A stretch of DNA of 64,000 nucleotides from an uncultured Candidatus Saccharibacteria bacterium (GTDB lineage: Bacteria; Patescibacteriota; Minisyncoccia; Phycocordibacterales; DATDWN01), in contig CAZNUU010000001.1 of NCBI GenBank assembly GCA_964576615.1, positions 95,309 through 159,308 on the forward strand, read 5' to 3'. Positions 59,359-64,000 of this stretch are shown piece by piece; the first letter of the stretch is position 1, and each line of letters opens with the position of its first letter. The translations under genes were made by a program, and so were the position numbers. The notes beneath the pieces were generated by a model. It was not told where the DNA came from. It was given only the letters and a program-made list of their open reading frames with translations, and did no database searches.

Positions 59359-60870
59359 TTAGACATAACCAGGAAAGAAATCGACTTTAATATTTGAACT
59401 CTTCACCCCCATTTTTTTAAGTGTTGCCTCAAAAGCATCTACCATTACATGCGGACCAGAAATATAAAATTTTCTCTCCATAAAATCTGGAGTTTCTTTT
59501 TTTATACTTTCCTCTGAAATAGTCCCGACTCGAAAGTTTGCTAACATCACTTTTCCAGATGGATCACCAAAAAAATAAACTGCCTTTAGGCCAACTTTTT
59601 TTTCGGCATTGTCAAAAACATCTTTATAAACTATGTCATTTGCTGTCTTATTTGAAAAAAACAATACTGCATCCCGGGTTTGGTTTCGATCTAGAAGATC
59701 TTGAACTATAGATCTAAATGGTGTAATCCCTATTCCCCCTGCAATAAAAGCAAGTTTTTGATCCTTGTCCTGTGGTAAAACAAACTCGCCCGATAGCTGA
59801 GAGGCCATTATTCTATCTCCTGGTGATAGGCCCGCTAATTTATTCTTAAAACTGGAACCGTTGGGATAGAATTTAACACCAAGCCTCAAGTTCTCCTCCA
59901 TCGGGGAGGAAGCAATAGTAAAATATCTTCTATTTCCTCTCATATCGGCTTTATCGTGTCCCAAAGTCCATTCCAAATATTGCCCAGCTTTAAAATTAAT
60001 CTTTTTTCCTTTCCAAACAAACTCGTACACATCGGAAGATAATTTGTTTTTTTGAACAAGTGTTAGAACTAATCGATCTTTTGGACTAACGATATATGCA
60101 AAAATATTCCCAATGATTAGCGCAAATTCTGGCGTGGAATACAATGGCCCAAAGTGAAACTGCACCCCATATAAGATACCGACAATTGCCCCATAAATAA
60201 CTTGAAGCCTTCTAGTTGGTGGAGTAGTGGAAGGCTCGGTGAGCATTATTACCCCAAGGAAAATCAGTGGACCATGAGAGAAGATTTGATCTAATGTATC
60301 AACACCCAATTTCAAAGAAAAGCCGAAATAGAGAGCGGAAAGAAAGCCAAAAATGGCAAAAGAGAAAAACATTGAGAATCTCTTCACTTTTCTTAAAACC
60401 AAAATACCTAGGATGGCTACCGGTATGATAAGAGCATCGCCTCCTACCCACCAGGCAGACATGCCACTACCCAAAAGACCAGCAATAAATATTGCTATAG
60501 CGGTGGGGTTAAATATATGTTTCTTTTTTATAGCTAATATGTACTTTGAAGCCATTGCCCCGACTCCGACTAAAACTGTGACCCATAAATCATTCAGAGT
60601 AGATATGGGAAAAAGAATAAAAAACAAAATAAAAGCCGTGATTAAGTAAGACTCTGAGTTAGCATCTACTTTAAATAATTTGGCTAACAACAAATTGGCG
60701 AGATAGCATGAAACAGATAATGCGAGAGCTGAATATATTAAACTTAAGGGACTGAAGGCGACAAAACCAAAAAAACTCATCCCTACAGAGTAAACAATCA
60801 AAACTAGTAGTCCGTACAAGACAAGCTTGTATATGGTAATTTTATTTAAAAAATCATCAACATATTTCAT
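59359..60870 (-). CDS. Membrane-bound FNR-like oxidoreductase (polytopic N-terminal domain fused to an FAD/NAD(P)-binding reductase)
   Basis: About 8 N-terminal TM helices. RRYFTIASSP (FAD RxYS-type motif) and AGGIGITPF (NAD GGxGxxP motif). Confidence 0.7.
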   Translation of the reverse strand: MKYVDDFLNKITIYKLVLYGLLVLIVYSVGMSFFGFVAFSPLSLIYSALALSVSCYLANLLLAKLFKVDANSESYLITAFILFFILFPISTLNDLWVTVLVGVGAMASKYILAIKKKHIFNPTAIAIFIAGLLGSGMSAWWVGGDALIIPVAILGILVLRKVKRFSMFFSFAIFGFLSALYFGFSLKLGVDTLDQIFSHGPLIFLGVIMLTEPSTTPPTRRLQVIYGAIVGILYGVQFHFGPLYSTPEFALIIGNIFAYIVSPKDRLVLTLVQKNKLSSDVYEFVWKGKKINFKAGQYLEWTLGHDKADMRGNRRYFTIASSPMEENLRLGVKFYPNGSSFKNKLAGLSPGDRIMASQLSGEFVLPQDKDQKLAFIAGGIGITPFRSIVQDLLDRNQTRDAVLFFSNKTANDIVYKDVFDNAEKKVGLKAVYFFGDPSGKVMLANFRVGTISEESIKKETPDFMERKFYISGPHVMVDAFEATLKKMGVKSSNIKVDFFPGYV

Positions 60871-60890
60871 AAATATATTTTAGCATTTCC

Positions 60891-61757
60891 CTAAATAAAC
60901 ATCTCTGCGTTAAAACCGAGGGATCTCTTTATGGAATAGTCTGAAAAGACAATCAGATATTCGAATTTATGGTTATTTATTTTTTCTGGAGGGACAAAAA
61001 ATAAGGCAGTCGTAACCAAATCAGCTAAAATTGTGCTCTCTGCTATTGCCCAAACAGCTAATACATCATTAGCGGATGAAAGTGTCTCGGGATTTATTAT
61101 ATGATGAAAATTTCCCCACTTTCTTCTATTCCCTGCTGAACCACAAATTGATTTGTTTAGAATTGGGATAACCCCAATTACTGAACCAGCATCATCTGGG
61201 TGTTCTAGTCCGACCTTAAGAACCTCCCCGTCCTCACCTCTCTGTCTAATATCTCCCCCCGCATCCACACAGTACGACTTCATTCCTTCTGTTTCTAGAA
61301 GCTCAGATACGATATCAACCAGGTATCCCTTACCTCCTGCCCCAAAGTCCAGAAGTACAGGTTCTTTTATAGTAAGCTTTGGTTCTTGCCAAGACATTGT
61401 GTCTTCCCACTTTTTTGGCTTGGTTAGGATTTTTTCTTCTAGCGAATACCTCGAGTCATAACCAGCATCAACCAGAACTTGCCCAATTAGAGGTGTAACT
61501 AGACTATCAGTTGCGTCATAAAATTCTTTATAAAGCGAAACCATCTTGTGAGCATCAGAAGGTAATACAAATTCCCCTGATTCCTTGGACATTTTGGTTA
61601 CAAGCGAGTCATCTCTAAACCTGGAGTAGTCTTTATCAAAAATATCTATCCGTTTTATTATTTTTTTTAAAAGCAAGTCTTCACTTTCTTCTGAAAGAGG
61701 ATCTTTAATATCAATCACCCAGGAAGTCCCGATGGCTGGAAATCCGAACTTTGTCAT
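60891..61757 (-). CDS. apbE: FAD:protein FMN transferase (ApbE family)
   Basis: GAGGKGYLVD, DAGGDI and HHIINPET ApbE motifs. Confidence 0.85.
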   Translation of the reverse strand: MTKFGFPAIGTSWVIDIKDPLSEESEDLLLKKIIKRIDIFDKDYSRFRDDSLVTKMSKESGEFVLPSDAHKMVSLYKEFYDATDSLVTPLIGQVLVDAGYDSRYSLEEKILTKPKKWEDTMSWQEPKLTIKEPVLLDFGAGGKGYLVDIVSELLETEGMKSYCVDAGGDIRQRGEDGEVLKVGLEHPDDAGSVIGVIPILNKSICGSAGNRRKWGNFHHIINPETLSSANDVLAVWAIAESTILADLVTTALFFVPPEKINNHKFEYLIVFSDYSIKRSLGFNAEMFI

Positions 61758-61963
61758 TTTTTTATTTAGATGAATAATTACTTTTTAAAACATTGCGCAG
61801 GAAATTAGAAAATAACGACGATATGTACCAGTCTGGAGACACTGTCTGAGCGAAGCGGGTTTGCGAAAGGACCAGCATAGAGGAGATTATTTTCTTGATT
61901 TCCGAGCATAGCAAAAGTTCACCAGAACTTTATGCGTGTTTTAAAAAGTAATTACTCATAATT

Positions 61964-62467
61964 CTAGACCTTTGCTTGTACTTCTACTTTAGCCAAAGCG
62001 TCCATAAAACCTTTCGGCGCAAGAGACGAACCGGAAACCTTGTCGAGTTGTACATCATCAATCTTTTTGCCGATAACAAGTGGTTTATAACCAGAAATGA
62101 ATAAACCTTGGTAGTGAATGGAGTTTGGCCTAAATGCCTTCGAGACAACATCTGCACTAACTATCACATCATCTTCCAGAGTAATCGTCACTCCTAACTG
62201 TTCAGCTCCACCTGGAGAGTAATAGTCGCCTACCACAGAATAAGTTCCATCTTTGTATTTATTTTTTTGATCCGAAACTGTGCCGTCTTCCATCTGAACG
62301 TCATTGTTAGTGGTTGTAGTAGTTGCTACAGCGTCATTCGAATCCGATAAAGTATCAGTTGTGTTTTTCTGTTTGAGATATCTGTACCCTCCATACCCGA
62401 TTAAAGCCAAAATAATAACCACTGCAATCCAAATTAAAGCCTTGCTTCCTTTTTTTTGTTCATCCAT
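61964..62467 (-). CDS. Membrane-anchored FMN-binding domain protein (candidate ApbE substrate)
   Basis: N-terminal TM helix. YKDGTY...VSGSSLAPKGF resembles the FMN_bind domain with its (S/T)GA(T/S) flavinylation-site region. Confidence 0.65.
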   Translation of the reverse strand: MDEQKKGSKALIWIAVVIILALIGYGGYRYLKQKNTTDTLSDSNDAVATTTTTNNDVQMEDGTVSDQKNKYKDGTYSVVGDYYSPGGAEQLGVTITLEDDVIVSADVVSKAFRPNSIHYQGLFISGYKPLVIGKKIDDVQLDKVSGSSLAPKGFMDALAKVEVQAKV

Positions 62468-62478
62468 TGTTTTAATTG

Positions 62479-62826
62479 TTAACTATTATTTTTCCAGCCT
62501 TTTTTCATTCCCCTCTTTGGCGCAAATTCTTGGCTAACCTCGCTTGGCACAATATTGTTTTGCTGCAAAATTTGCTTCATAGTTTTGCCGGATCTTAATT
62601 CTTGTTTTATTTCATCTTTATTTAACCCTAAAGTTCCGGCAATGCCATTGGAATTCCAGTGGTGCATCATTTGCATACCGGTTGGCGCACTTCTCTCACT
62701 ATAATGAGAATCGAGGGTTTCTGCTAAAGCAACATTACTTGAGCCCATAAGGATAATTCCAGTGGCAATAGCAGAACTTGCTCCAGAAATTATCGCTTTT
62801 TTTAATTTTCTATATTTTTTCTTCAT
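62479..62826 (-). CDS. Secreted small hypothetical protein
   Basis: N-terminal signal/TM segment. No motif. Confidence 0.45.
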   Translation of the reverse strand: MKKKYRKLKKAIISGASSAIATGIILMGSSNVALAETLDSHYSERSAPTGMQMMHHWNSNGIAGTLGLNKDEIKQELRSGKTMKQILQQNNIVPSEVSQEFAPKRGMKKGWKNNS

Positions 62827-62965
62827 TTCAAATTTATATACTTAATTTTATTTTAACAATATATTTATTTTTTGAAGTATTGATCCCATCACTTACATAT
62901 GTCAGAATATTAATAACAGGTTCATTAATTAATACGTTTAAAACGCCCAAATCGTTGCACCTATA

Positions 62966-63361
62966 ATGGCAAGATCGATCATCAACGACAGGTTCTGGAG
63001 ATATATCACAAATATTTGGTGCTTGATATGCTATGCGGCTATCATTTACGATTTTATTTACGATCATGCTTTAGGGGACGTACTGCCTTCCGTCCTAGTT
63101 ATCTATGTGGCGCTTCTTACTATCTATGCTGGGGTAAAGGAATTTGAGAGATGGTTTGAAAGACATGATGGTCGCCATCCTGGGGAGTGGTTTGTAATCG
63201 GCTGGACAGTCATAGTTATGGGTCTATTTTTAGCCAAGGTGTTTACTCACAAGAATTACCCTATTCCAGGCGAAGTCCTATCTACATACATAGCGGTCCT
63301 AAGTATTATGGCTATTACCCAAAAATCTAAGAGGTTAAAATCCGAGAGAAAAAGACGTTGA
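62966..63361 (+). CDS. Hypothetical membrane protein
   Basis: Four hydrophobic helices. Confidence 0.5.
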   Translation: MARSIINDRFWRYITNIWCLICYAAIIYDFIYDHALGDVLPSVLVIYVALLTIYAGVKEFERWFERHDGRHPGEWFVIGWTVIVMGLFLAKVFTHKNYPIPGEVLSTYIAVLSIMAITQKSKRLKSERKRR

Positions 63362-63406
63362 TTGACTTTTCTATATTTTGTACCATTATATTAGAGGGAG
63401 GCTTCC

Positions 63407-63754
63407 ATGAAGACGACTGCGACGCGAGATGTCGGCGGCTTCACATTTGAAGCCGAGCTAATTGACTCACCCGCGGCATCGTGTACCTTACCCCAGGACC
63501 TAAAGTGCCTTCTTTCAGTTGCAAGAGCTGGCAAGGTGCTTTACCTGGGTCAAGAAGTCATGCCCTCAGGCCATCCTAGTCTGCCCATACCGAGAACACT
63601 TCGAGGCTGGATTGCGGGAATTCACTTCCCCAACCCAGAGGATCGCAAGAATCGCATCCTCGATGTGTACTGGTTGGGCACGAGCAGGATCATGCAACTC
63701 AAGATGGAGATGGTCGAGGGATGCTCGTACGAGAACGAAAGAGGGGTCGCATGA
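63407..63754 (+). CDS. Hypothetical protein (GC-rich cassette)
   Basis: TTGACT-17-ATTATA promoter. GGGAGG SD. Two terminator hairpins downstream. Confidence 0.5.
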   Translation: MKTTATRDVGGFTFEAELIDSPAASCTLPQDLKCLLSVARAGKVLYLGQEVMPSGHPSLPIPRTLRGWIAGIHFPNPEDRKNRILDVYWLGTSRIMQLKMEMVEGCSYENERGVA

Positions 63755-63832
63755 GGCGACCCCTTTAAATTTCTCCATATTTTCAATATATATCAAAACA
63801 ACCTCTCCTTTTTAGGGAGAGGTTGTTTTGAT
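63755..63832. terminator. Tandem hairpin terminators (bidirectional)
   Basis: AGGGGTCGC-ATGA-GGCGACCCCT, then CAAAACAACCTCTCC-TTTTTA-GGGAGAGGTTGTTTTG (15-bp perfect stem). Confidence 0.6.
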
Positions 63833-63839
63833 TAAGAAA

Positions 63840-64000
63840 TTAAGATAGGTGCTTAGATACCAGTTTTGTCATTTCAAACATACTGACTGTTCCCTTTCCA
63901 CCGAATACTTTCTTTAAAGCCTCGTCAGCATTGATATTTCTCCTATTCTTTGCATCCTGAAGACCCTCTTTTTTTATATATACCCAGAGCTTCTTTACCA
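63840..64000 (-). CDS. SWIB/MDM2 domain protein (C-terminal part; 5' end beyond window)
   Basis: Minus-strand translation ...KKLWVYIKKEGLQDAKNRRNINADEALKKVFGG...MFEMTKLVSKHLS matches SWIB-domain proteins. Confidence 0.7.
   Translation of the reverse strand, partial: VKKLWVYIKKEGLQDAKNRRNINADEALKKVFGGKGTVSMFEMTKLVSKHLS

Overview
This 64-kb window is an AT-rich (roughly one-third GC), gene-dense bacterial segment. Its streamlined housekeeping set, and its giant surface proteins with peptidoglycan-binding tails, are consistent with a small-genome Patescibacteria/CPR-like organism. That placement is inference from gene content only.

The recognisable native genes are:
- DNA repair and recombination: uvrA, uvrB, uvrC, recR, rmuC, xseA, xseB, dinB.
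- Replication and translation: dnaB, cysS, tgt, rpmA (bL27), rplI (bL9), rplU (bL21), trhO.
- Envelope and transport: mltG, ddl, ctpA, plsC, a MacAB-like ABC efflux trio, a CorA-like transporter, dedA, an FKBP isomerase.
- Oxidative repair and other: msrA, msrB, a LOG-family protein, a GIY-YIG nuclease, two divergent tRNA-Ala genes.
- Very large secreted or surface proteins: a GH16-domain protein, a Ca-binding-repeat adhesin, a CAP-domain protein.

The most striking feature is a mosaic of about 20 short GC-rich genes (roughly 50-60% GC), singly or in groups of two or three, wedged into nearly every native intergenic gap. Each carries a near-consensus sigma70 promoter (TTGACA, about 17 bp, TAnnnT), a strong GGAGG Shine-Dalgarno and a clean hairpin terminator. 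The native AT-rich genes mostly lack these signals. Products of the GC-rich genes include a thioredoxin-reductase-like flavoprotein without its CxxC centre, a DUF262/DGQHR-like protein, a MOSC protein, a Cmk-like P-loop kinase, a KefF-like NAD(P)H quinone oxidoreductase, an HExxH protein and many small ORFans and membrane peptides.

Other notable items:
- A 1386-aa protein fusing repeated HTH-like modules, an SNF2 helicase and a class-I SAM methyltransferase. It is flanked by a HEAT/pseudokinase-like protein, a standalone methyltransferase and the DGQHR-like gene.
- A dispersed structured repeat family (three A-B-C or A-C copies plus one B-only copy) showing compensatory base changes.
- A MITE-like element with 14-bp terminal inverted repeats.
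- Rickettsia-RPE-like palindromic insertions lying in frame inside uvrA and uvrB.
- A flavinylation module of a membrane-bound FNR-like oxidoreductase, ApbE and an FMN-binding protein.

No CRISPR array, integrase, transposase or rRNA was seen.
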